This document shows, in pieces, positions 9,045 to 20,631 of a DNA stretch of 36,395 nucleotides. The stretch comes from Oligoflexus sp. (lineage in GTDB: Bacteria > Bdellovibrionota_B > Oligoflexia > Oligoflexales > Oligoflexaceae). The stretch lies in the NCBI GenBank assembly GCA_041736305.1, contig JBGSTX010000332.1:1-36395 (forward strand), in the 5' to 3' direction. A model generated the notes under the pieces. That model made no database searches. It saw only the letters and a program-made list of their open reading frames with translations, and was not told the DNA's origin. How positions within the stretch are numbered: position 1 is the first letter of the stretch; each line of letters starts with the position of its first letter. Made by a program: the position numbers and the translations under genes.

Positions 9045-9192
9045 AGAGGCTGTTATCCGCCAGTCTCTTGGGTAAACGCGACCTCTCCCGAACAAGTTAA
9101 TTTGCCAATTTGGCATGAGTTGCCCGGCTGGCGTCTCTTTTCCAAATGTGCTAGTTGGTGCTGGGAAACCGAGATTTAAAGCGAGGATACCC

Positions 9193-10401
9193 ATGAGACT
9201 AGGAACTCCTTATAAGCCTTTCGCAAAGAAAGTCCTACTCCTTGGCAGCGGCGAGCTGGGCAAAGAGCTTGCTATTGAACTCATGCGCCTAGGGGCCGAA
9301 GTCATAGCCTGCGATCGCTACCCAAACGCGCCGGCTATGCAGGTCGCCCATCGCAGTCATGTGCTCGACATGCTCGATGGCGACGCCTTAGAGGAACTCG
9401 TCCGTAAAGAAAATCCTGATCTGATCGTTCCCGAGATCGAGGCTATCGCGACGGATAGGCTGCTCAAACTGGAACGAGAATCCTACACGGTGATCCCGAC
9501 GGCCGAAGCAGCGTGTCTAACGATGGACCGCGAGGGTATCAGACGACTTGCCGCCGAAGAGCTCGACCTCCCGACCGCTCGTTTCGCCTTTGCTGAAAAC
9601 TGGGAGGAATTTCAGAGTGCAGCCACGGCAATCGGTTTCCCTTTCATAGTCAAACCTATTATGTCTTCGAGTGGAAAAGGCCAATCGCTGGTGCGCGACG
9701 CTGGCGATCTCGAGAAAAGCTGGGAATATGCCCAGACCGGAGGTCGTGCAGGGCGCGGCAAGGTCATCGTCGAGGAGCTGATAAATTTTGACAGTGAACT
9801 CACTCTGCTCACGGTTCGCACGGTGAAGGGCACTCACTTTTGTGACCCTATCGGCCACAAGCAGGAACACGGTGACTACGTCGAGAGCTGGCAGCCGCAT
9901 CCAATGAGCGCCACGCAGCTGAACCAAGCCAAAGCTATAGCTCGTTCTATCACCGACAGACTCGGTGGACTCGGTATATTTGGAGTAGAGCTTTTTCTCC
10001 TCCGCGATGGCCGCGTCCTTTTTAGCGAGGTGAGTCCAAGGCCCCACGACACGGGTCTGGTTACTCTGGCAACGCAGGTCTGGAGTGAATTTGCGCTGCA
10101 TGCGAGGGCTATCTTGGGACTTCCTGTGGCTTCGATAGTGCGTCACAGCATAGGTGCGAGCGCGGCCGTGAAGGCAACGCGTTCTTTAAATGAACCAGTT
10201 TACGAGGGATTGAGCTCCATATTCGAAGAACCCGGAGTCGATGTCCGTATCTTTGGCAAACCGCTCGCCACTCCGGGACGCCGCATGGCGGTTTGTCTTG
10301 CAACAGGGCGCAACATTCAAGAAGCTCTGGCCCGAGCCAAGACCGCTCGCGACAGATTGCGTCTCGAGGAAGCTGGCGAAAATCAGGCTGGACGGGTTTA
10401 A
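9193..10401 (+). CDS. purT: Formate-dependent phosphoribosylglycinamide formyltransferase
   Basis: LLGSGELGKE, PEIEAIAT, KPIMSSSGKGQS, SEVSPRPHDTG, RRMAV; GAGGA before ATG 9193. Confidence 0.96.
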   Translation: MRLGTPYKPFAKKVLLLGSGELGKELAIELMRLGAEVIACDRYPNAPAMQVAHRSHVLDMLDGDALEELVRKENPDLIVPEIEAIATDRLLKLERESYTVIPTAEAACLTMDREGIRRLAAEELDLPTARFAFAENWEEFQSAATAIGFPFIVKPIMSSSGKGQSLVRDAGDLEKSWEYAQTGGRAGRGKVIVEELINFDSELTLLTVRTVKGTHFCDPIGHKQEHGDYVESWQPHPMSATQLNQAKAIARSITDRLGGLGIFGVELFLLRDGRVLFSEVSPRPHDTGLVTLATQVWSEFALHARAILGLPVASIVRHSIGASAAVKATRSLNEPVYEGLSSIFEEPGVDVRIFGKPLATPGRRMAVCLATGRNIQEALARAKTARDRLRLEEAGENQAGRV

Positions 10402-10492
10402 GAGCCGAGTTTGCTGATACCTTGCTCCACCAGAACACGAGTGCTAGGCTAGCGCCAATCATTCTCTTACTTTCTCGCGTGGAGCCATCGCT

Positions 10493-12469
10493 ATGTCCAA
10501 TTCTCAAGGGGATAAGATTACCAGCGTCTTAAGCGAAAACCGCACCTTCCCTCCACCGCCCGCCTTTCAAAAAACAGCCCACATAGCTTCGCTGCAAGTC
10601 TACGAAGAAATGCGGACGCAAGCAGAAGATATCGAGGCCTACTGGGGACGGGAAGCTAGCCATCGCTTAAGCTGGTTTAAACCCTTCAAAGAAGTTTTGG
10701 AATGGCGTCCTCCTCATGCTCGTTGGTTCATCGGCGGCAAAATCAATGCCTCCTACAACTGTCTCGACCGGCACATTGAAGCCGGAAGAGGCGATAAAAC
10801 GGCCCTGATCTGGGAGGGCGAACCTGGCGAACAGCGGAGCTACACCTATTCGAACCTGCTTGAAGAAGTCGGCCGCTGTGCGAATGCTCTCCAATCTCTG
10901 GGCGTTCGAGCGGGTGATCGCGTGACGATTTATATGCCTCTCATTCCTGAGCTGGTGATTTCGGTGCTAGCGTGCGCGCGCCTAGGTGCCCCTCACTGCG
11001 TAGTCTTCGGCGGTTTCAGCGCCGAAGCTTTAGCCAGTCGCAATAACGATGCTGCTGCAAAAGTTCTGATCACAGCCGATGGTGGTTTTCGCCGAGGTCA
11101 GATCGTCCCACTCAAAGAAAGCGTCGACAAAGCTCTCAAGGAATCCCCGAGCATAGAAAAAGTTCTGGTGGTACAGCGAACGAAAAGTTCTGATCCCAAG
11201 TCTTGGCAGAAAGATCGAGACTTCGACTGGCAGGAACTTCTCTCAAAACAAAGTGCGCACTGCCCACCTGCAGAACTCGACAGCGAGCATCCTCTCTTCA
11301 TCCTCTACACTTCGGGCAGCACCGGTAAACCCAAGGGCATCCTCCACAGCACGGCCGGCTATCTGCTGCAGACGAGTTCGACTTTCGAGCAGGTTTTCGA
11401 TCATAAACATGACGATATCTTCTGGTGCACGGCCGATGTCGGTTGGATCACTGGTCACTCGTATGTGGTCTATGGTCCTCTCGCCGCTGGTGCTACTGTG
11501 CTCATGTACGAAGGGGCACCTAATCATCCTTCGCCCGCGCGCTTTTGGGAAATCATCGATCGCCATCGCGTCTCGATCTTCTATACCGCACCTACTGCTA
11601 TCCGCTCCTTCATCAAATGGGGCACCGAGCATATCGAAGGCAAAGACCTCAGCTCGCTCCGCTTGCTCGGCACTGTCGGTGAGCCTATCAATCCCGAAGC
11701 ATGGACCTGGTATCGTGAAAACATCGGTGGCAATCGCTGTCCTATCGTCGATACCTGGTGGCAGACGGAGACAGGCAGCATCATGATCGCGCCCTTACCA
11801 GGAGCAACTCCGACTATGCCCGGCACAGCTACGAGACCCCTCTTCGGCATCGACGCCGATGTGGTCGATAAAAAAGGCCGCACGGTGCCAGTCAATACGG
11901 GCGGATTTCTGGTCATCAAAAAACCCTGGCCCAGCATGCTTCGAACGATCTATGGCGATCCTCAGCGTTACGAGGAGCAGTATTGGTCGCAGATACCCGG
12001 CATGTATTTTACCGGCGACGGTGCGCGACGGGACGAGGCCGGGAATTTCTGGATTATGGGGCGCATCGACGATGTGCTTAACGTCTCGGGACACCGCCTT
12101 TCGACTATGGAAGTTGAGAGCGCATTAGTAAGCCATCCCGCTGTTGCTGAGGCGGCTGTTGTCGGCAAGCCTGATCCTCTCAAAGGCGAGGCTATCGCCT
12201 GCTTCGTCACACTAGGGGGCCAGCAAATTCCTTCCGAAGAGCTTAAAAAGCAGCTCAAAGAACACGTGGTCCAGCAGATAGGCGCCCTGGCCCGTCCTGA
12301 CGAGATTCGATTTACCGATGCACTTCCGAAGACGCGATCAGGCAAAATTATGCGGCGCTTGCTGCGAGATATTGCCGCTGCCCGCAGCAGTAGTGGCGAC
12401 ATGACGACACTAGAGGATTTTAGCGTACTGGAAAAATTGCGTGCCAGCGACGAAGACGCATCCGTGTAG
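10493..12469 (+). CDS. acs: Acetate--CoA ligase (AMP-forming)
   Basis: [45 protein letters not shown]. Confidence 0.96.
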   Translation: MSNSQGDKITSVLSENRTFPPPPAFQKTAHIASLQVYEEMRTQAEDIEAYWGREASHRLSWFKPFKEVLEWRPPHARWFIGGKINASYNCLDRHIEAGRGDKTALIWEGEPGEQRSYTYSNLLEEVGRCANALQSLGVRAGDRVTIYMPLIPELVISVLACARLGAPHCVVFGGFSAEALASRNNDAAAKVLITADGGFRRGQIVPLKESVDKALKESPSIEKVLVVQRTKSSDPKSWQKDRDFDWQELLSKQSAHCPPAELDSEHPLFILYTSGSTGKPKGILHSTAGYLLQTSSTFEQVFDHKHDDIFWCTADVGWITGHSYVVYGPLAAGATVLMYEGAPNHPSPARFWEIIDRHRVSIFYTAPTAIRSFIKWGTEHIEGKDLSSLRLLGTVGEPINPEAWTWYRENIGGNRCPIVDTWWQTETGSIMIAPLPGATPTMPGTATRPLFGIDADVVDKKGRTVPVNTGGFLVIKKPWPSMLRTIYGDPQRYEEQYWSQIPGMYFTGDGARRDEAGNFWIMGRIDDVLNVSGHRLSTMEVESALVSHPAVAEAAVVGKPDPLKGEAIACFVTLGGQQIPSEELKKQLKEHVVQQIGALARPDEIRFTDALPKTRSGKIMRRLLRDIAAARSSSGDMTTLEDFSVLEKLRASDEDASV

Positions 12470-12546
12470 ATTTTTTTCCCAGGGGTCTCAGGGCATATTT
12501 TGCTTTTACTTTGAGCGCTCCCGAAGCTGTGCTAAGGAAGAGGTGA

Positions 12547-15566
<3,020 letters not shown>

Positions 15567-15578
15567 GGACCCTATCCT

Positions 15579-15779
15579 ATGCGCATACAAGTCAATGGCA
15601 GCAGCGTCGAAACAGTTCCCGCCATCACTATTGAAGGCCTTTTGCAGCAGCTAGGTTACGAAAATCAGATGGTCGCCGTTGCGATCAATGCCAGCTGCGT
15701 TCCGCGGCAGACTTTTGCCGAACAATCCCTGCAGGAAAGCGATATCATCGAAATCCTGGCGCCGATGGCAGGAGGTTGA
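15579..15779 (+). CDS. thiS: Sulfur carrier protein
   Basis: 66 aa, IQVNG, VAVAIN, C-terminal GG. Confidence 0.95.
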   Translation: MRIQVNGSSVETVPAITIEGLLQQLGYENQMVAVAINASCVPRQTFAEQSLQESDIIEILAPMAGG

Positions 15780-15781
15780 GA

Positions 15782-16579
15782 ATGTGGAAAGTCGGCGACC
15801 AGACCCTGAGCAGTCGTTTATTGATTGGCAGCGCCCGCTATCCGAGTCCTGAAGTTCTACAAACTTCCATCGAAGCATCAGGCGCGGAAATCGTTACCGT
15901 CTCGCTGCGGCGTGAATCGGCGCTGCAGAATAAGGCCCAAGGGGATTCTCGTTTCTGGGATTATCTCCGCTCCCACGCCCGTTACCTGCTACCTAACACC
16001 GCGGGTTGTTCAAGCGTAAAAGAAGCTGTGCTCACCGCGCAGCTCGCGCGTGATTTCTTCGAAACCAACTGGATCAAACTCGAAGTCATAGGCAACGATG
16101 AGACCTTGCAGCCGGATCCCTTCGCGACTGTTGAAGCGGCTCGCATCCTCTGCCGCGAGGGCTTCGAGGTCTTTCCTTATACGACGGAAGACTTGATTGT
16201 AGCTGAAAAACTCGTCGAAGCCGGTTGTCGCATCGTCATGCCCTGGGGCTCGCCCATCGGCAGCGGACAAGGCCTGCGACATGTCGAAGCCTTGCAAAGC
16301 CTCCGCGCTCATCTACCGGGCATTACCCTTATCGTCGATGCCGGAATCGGTCGGCCTTCGCATGCAGCGAAGGCTTTGGAGCTGGGCTTTGATGCTGTGC
16401 TGCTCAACACCGCGGTCGCGCTGGCGAAGGATCCGCCGCTGATGGCCAGTGCTTTCAAGCATGCGGTGATCGCGGGCAGGCAAGCTTATGAAGCGGGAGC
16501 CATGGAAGCGTCTTCGCGCGCTCATGCTTCAACCCCCAGCATTGGAATGCCTTTCTGGCATCAGGAGTCTTCTCTTTGA
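15782..16579 (+). CDS. thiG: Thiazole synthase
   Basis: [34 protein letters not shown] 15782 follows GGAGG; TTG 15776 is the alternative start. Confidence 0.96.
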   Translation: MWKVGDQTLSSRLLIGSARYPSPEVLQTSIEASGAEIVTVSLRRESALQNKAQGDSRFWDYLRSHARYLLPNTAGCSSVKEAVLTAQLARDFFETNWIKLEVIGNDETLQPDPFATVEAARILCREGFEVFPYTTEDLIVAEKLVEAGCRIVMPWGSPIGSGQGLRHVEALQSLRAHLPGITLIVDAGIGRPSHAAKALELGFDAVLLNTAVALAKDPPLMASAFKHAVIAGRQAYEAGAMEASSRAHASTPSIGMPFWHQESSL

Positions 16580-18030
16580 AAAGCGTTTGGACGATAGCAG
16601 GGCACGATCCCCTCGGAGCCGCCGGCATTCAGGCGGACCTTCGTGCAGCGGAGGGCATGGGAGTGCCGCTGCGCTCGATTATCGCAACTTTTACTGCTCA
16701 GAATAATCAAAGACTCGGGTTCGCTGCAGCAGTTCCGGAGAGCTGGCTTCGCTCGCAGTGGGAGCTATTGAAAGAAGAGGAGACTCCAGGAGCTATTAAG
16801 CTCGGGTATATGCCGCATGCCGATACTCTTCGTCAGGTCGGAAGCCTCCTGCAAGAACTTTCGGATGTTCCGGTGATCGCGGATCCCGTCTTAGGTCCGA
16901 GCGCCATCGATGGCACGACTCATCTTTCAGCGGAATGGCGCAACGCCTTTCGAGAATTCATTGTACCGCACCTGACGCTCTTAACACCGAATCTGCCAGA
17001 GAGTGAATGGCTACTCGGTCGAACGCTGCAGGGAGAAGCAGACAGCGTATCTGCAGCAGCCGAGCTTAGATCTTGGGGAGTCCCTGCGGTCTTGATCAAA
17101 GGTGGACATGGGGATGGTGAAGAACTCTTCGATTTTTTTGATGATGGAAGCAGGAGCTTCTATTTAAGAGCGTCGAAGCAAAGGGGACGTTTTCGCGGCA
17201 CGGGCTGCGCTCTTAGCTCAGCGATCGCTGCTGGACTTGCGCGCGGAGAAAATTTGCGCGAGGCAACTGTGACCGCGCACGCTTATCTGCAGGGAGCGAT
17301 AGCAGAAGCTTCGGCGAAAACTTGTTCGATTCTTAGCTTTGAAAGAGCTGTCCAGCAACTTTCGCCTTTGAGCTATCGGTCTGCCGCCTTTGATCTGCAG
17401 CCCTTCGCTGCCGCTAGTCCCGAGCGACTTCGTTTTTACCCGGTGGTTCCCAATCTTCTGTGGTTGAAGCGCCTCCTTTCCAGTGGGATTAAATCCATCC
17501 AGCTCCGTATTAAAGATCAGGACCGTAATAGCCTCTACCGCGATATAGCTGAGGCAATTGCTCTCTGCCGTGCTGCTGCTGTGGATCTCTACATCAATGA
17601 CTATTGGGATATCGCTCTTGAGCTAGGAGCTTTCGGAGTCCATCTAGGCCAAGAAGACCTAGACTGCTTATCTTCCGCTGATCTCAATCGGCTCCAAGCC
17701 CATAAGCAGCAGCTCAGACTCGGCCTGAGCACCCACAGTCTCGAAGAGGCTGCGCGCGCTTTGGCCCTTGCACCTTCCTACATAGCTCTCGGGCCCATAT
17801 TTCCTACCAGCTGCAAATCAATGAATTTTGGTCCGCAGGGTATAAACCGCATAGCAGACTGGCGAAAATACTGTGGGTCAACGCCTCTGGTCGCAATCGG
17901 TGGGCTGAAACTTGAGCATGCACGGGCTGTCAGGGCCGCTGGCGCCGATGGGGTTGCTCTCGTTTCGGATGTCATTCAAAATGCCGAGCCCGAGTCCAGG
18001 ATCCAGGCTTGGCTGCTCTCTCTCTCTTAG
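16576..18030 (+). CDS. thiDE: Fused HMP/HMP-P kinase (ThiD) and thiamine-phosphate synthase (ThiE)
   Basis: N-half: [33 protein letters not shown]-half: [31 protein letters not shown]. Confidence 0.92.
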   Translation: MKSVWTIAGHDPLGAAGIQADLRAAEGMGVPLRSIIATFTAQNNQRLGFAAAVPESWLRSQWELLKEEETPGAIKLGYMPHADTLRQVGSLLQELSDVPVIADPVLGPSAIDGTTHLSAEWRNAFREFIVPHLTLLTPNLPESEWLLGRTLQGEADSVSAAAELRSWGVPAVLIKGGHGDGEELFDFFDDGSRSFYLRASKQRGRFRGTGCALSSAIAAGLARGENLREATVTAHAYLQGAIAEASAKTCSILSFERAVQQLSPLSYRSAAFDLQPFAAASPERLRFYPVVPNLLWLKRLLSSGIKSIQLRIKDQDRNSLYRDIAEAIALCRAAAVDLYINDYWDIALELGAFGVHLGQEDLDCLSSADLNRLQAHKQQLRLGLSTHSLEEAARALALAPSYIALGPIFPTSCKSMNFGPQGINRIADWRKYCGSTPLVAIGGLKLEHARAVRAAGADGVALVSDVIQNAEPESRIQAWLLSLS

Positions 18031-18121
18031 AGATTTTTTGGAAAGACGGTCCATTGTCGGGCTGCATCGGCTATGTTAGCATCCGTCCACCCAAGGTGAA
18101 TCTCGTTAAAAGGAAGCCCTT

Positions 18122-19159
18122 ATGAGCCCCCTTCAGCCTCTGCAGTCCCTAGTTAAGACCGGTACCAAGCTCTGGCTCGATTCGATCGATCCCAAACTGG
18201 TAGCTGTTGCCAAAGAGCAGGGCGCGACTGGCGCAACTTCGAATCCCATCATTATCGCCAATATCATCAAGTCTGGACAGATGGATTCGATGATCCGCCA
18301 GCTGCGCAGCTCAGGCAAGACCCCTGAGGATATTGCCTGGACCGTGACCGACCACCTCGTGACCGAGGCTGAGAAGGTATTCAAGCCGGTTTTTGAGAAG
18401 ACCAAAGGCAACGATGGTTACGTCAGCTTCGAAGTCGATCCACTGCTTGAGGACTTGAAGCTAGGACCTCCCCATCGTCAGCGGGTCAGCAGCTATGTAG
18501 AACTTGGTAAAAAATGGGCGGTAGGACATCCTAATCGGCTCATCAAAGTGCCGGCAACGCCCGCGGGTATCGAGGCGCTCGAAGAGCTTGTCGCGGCCGG
18601 GGTCAATGTCAACGTAACTCTCATTTTTAGCACTCGCCAGTACGAAGCAGCCCGTGACGCGGTTTGGCGAGGCATAGAGCGGCATCCTAATCGCCAGCTC
18701 AGCAAGAACGTATTCAGTATTTTCGTTTCGCGCCTAGACGTCTACACCGATGAGCAGCTGCCGCAGCTTGGCGAAGCGCAAGGCTGGGTGGGCATCGTCA
18801 ACGCGAAGCGCATCTGGAAGATGAATCAGGACTTTTGGAAGTCCAAAGGTTTGGCTCTTGAGCAGGAAATGATCTTCGCGAGCACAGGCACTAAAAAGCC
18901 TGCTGATCCCAAGTGGAAATATGTGGCTGCTTTCGCGGGTAGCGATATTGAAACCAATCCCCCCGAAACCAACGAAGCCGTCGCAGCGAGTCAGCAGACT
19001 TTCTCGCGCAAGATCGACGAGCTGCCTTCGCCGACTATCCTTACGCTTATCGATAAGCAAGTCGATTTTCACAAACTCGAAGAGTTTTTGATGAACGATG
19101 GGCTCAAGAAGTTTGCTGACCCGCAAAAAGCCTTGCTGGAACTTATCTCTAGCAAATAA
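18122..19159 (+). CDS. tal: Transaldolase family protein
   Basis: WLDS, GATSNP, SFEVDP, LIKVPAT (Schiff-base Lys), NVTLIFS, SIFVSR, ASTG.K. Confidence 0.9.
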   Translation: MSPLQPLQSLVKTGTKLWLDSIDPKLVAVAKEQGATGATSNPIIIANIIKSGQMDSMIRQLRSSGKTPEDIAWTVTDHLVTEAEKVFKPVFEKTKGNDGYVSFEVDPLLEDLKLGPPHRQRVSSYVELGKKWAVGHPNRLIKVPATPAGIEALEELVAAGVNVNVTLIFSTRQYEAARDAVWRGIERHPNRQLSKNVFSIFVSRLDVYTDEQLPQLGEAQGWVGIVNAKRIWKMNQDFWKSKGLALEQEMIFASTGTKKPADPKWKYVAAFAGSDIETNPPETNEAVAASQQTFSRKIDELPSPTILTLIDKQVDFHKLEEFLMNDGLKKFADPQKALLELISSK

Positions 19160-19208
19160 CCAGAGCGAGGAGCCGCCCAGGCTCCTCTTCAGCGATAGGA
19201 ACATTGCG

Positions 19209-19868
19209 ATGAAAATGATGACGATCACGCCTGAGCTCTATCAATACATCAGCCGCTACCAACCCGACCTCCACCCCGTGTTGCCTGAATTGATCGCTGA
19301 AACGAGAGAACGCCAAGACGGGAACATGCAGATCAGCCCCGAGCAGGGTGCGTTCATGAACCTGCTCGTCAAGCTGCTCGGCGCCAAGCGCATTGTGGAA
19401 GTTGGTACTTTCACAGGTTACAGTTCGATCTGCATGGGTCTCGGTTTGCCTGAGAAAGGTGAATTGATTACCTGCGACATCAATCCTGAGACCTCCGAAA
19501 TCGCGCAACGCTACCTGACAGTGGCTGGTTTGAAAGACAAGGTCCGAATCGAGCTAGGGTCTGCCCTCGATACCCTCGATGCGCTGGCCAAACGCTACGG
19601 TCCGGAAACTTTTGATATGGCCTTTATAGATGCCGACAAAGTGAACTACCTTGCATACTATGAAAAGTGCCTGAAACTCCTGCGTCCGGGCGGAGCGATT
19701 CTCGTGGATAATGTTCTCTGGAGCGGTCTGGTCATTGATAAATCTGACCAAAGCGCCTCGACGACTGCGATCCGAGCTTTCAACGATGCTATTAAGCACG
19801 ATAAGAGAGTTGAAGGGAGTCTTCTACCCCTGGCAGATGGCATCTACCTCTTGAGGAAGAAGAGCTAG
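19209..19868 (+). CDS. SAM-dependent O-methyltransferase (CCoAOMT/COMT/TrmR-like)
   Basis: MQISPEQG, EVGTFTGYS, FDMAFIDADK, DNVLWSG. Confidence 0.9.
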   Translation: MKMMTITPELYQYISRYQPDLHPVLPELIAETRERQDGNMQISPEQGAFMNLLVKLLGAKRIVEVGTFTGYSSICMGLGLPEKGELITCDINPETSEIAQRYLTVAGLKDKVRIELGSALDTLDALAKRYGPETFDMAFIDADKVNYLAYYEKCLKLLRPGGAILVDNVLWSGLVIDKSDQSASTTAIRAFNDAIKHDKRVEGSLLPLADGIYLLRKKS

Positions 19869-19959
19869 CTGACGCCGAGCTCTGCGGAAGGACAAAGGCG
19901 AGATATACAGAATCCTTCAGCAAGGCTAGAATGTTGAGAAGCACGAAAGGAATCTTAGT

Positions 19960-20505
19960 ATGTTCGGTATCGGTCCACTAGAACTCATCGTGATCGCGAT
20001 CGTGGCAGTAGTCTTCATCGGCCCTGAGAAGCTTCCTGATGCCATGCGCAAATTCGGAAAGTTTTTTGTTCAGATACGTCGGCATGCTAATGATGTGAAG
20101 GGCGGCTTCCAAGAAATCATTCATGATGCTGAACGAGAGCTCGAACTAGAAAAAATCCGCGAACTGCAGGCCAAGCTGCAAAACGTCTCGCCGAGTAGCA
20201 TGCTCAATGCCGCACTCAAAGAGCAGGTGAATCCGACCCCTCCGGAAAACGCTGCACACGTTCCCGGGACTGAGGCCTATGATTACCACGAGTCGCATTA
20301 CGTCGATGGGGTTTATGCGGAACGAGGCCCGGATCATGTACTCGTAGCGGATCCCATCCTCCAGCCCGATCCTCTACCAGTCGCCGCTCACCCGGCTCCA
20401 ATGACAGGCACTACAGCGGATAAAATCCCCGCGGTGCCTGGGCCAGAACCGGTCGCAGCTCCGGCGCCGACTCCTGCAGCTCCTACAATCGAAAAGAAGG
20501 CCTGA
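19960..20505 (+). CDS. tatB: Twin-arginine translocase TatB/TatA family subunit with Pro-rich tail
   Basis: MFGIGPLELIVIAIVAVVFIGPEKLP followed by an amphipathic helix. Confidence 0.85.
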   Translation: MFGIGPLELIVIAIVAVVFIGPEKLPDAMRKFGKFFVQIRRHANDVKGGFQEIIHDAERELELEKIRELQAKLQNVSPSSMLNAALKEQVNPTPPENAAHVPGTEAYDYHESHYVDGVYAERGPDHVLVADPILQPDPLPVAAHPAPMTGTTADKIPAVPGPEPVAAPAPTPAAPTIEKKA

Positions 20506-20631
20506 TAAGCGAATTCAAGTTCCCGTATTGATTATCTTAAAGAGCGTTTCCTTGCCAAAAAACTACTGGCATTCGAGACGCTTTCCTGCTATCAGGGGGC
20601 GGATCCAAACGCTTTCTGAGGCTCGCAAGCT

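Noticed and set aside
9045..9192. Possible ZTP or purine riboswitch upstream of purT
   Set aside because: GACTGGCG occurs only on the opposite strand and the CGCCTGGGC element is absent; only a short TGCCAATTTGGCA dyad is seen.
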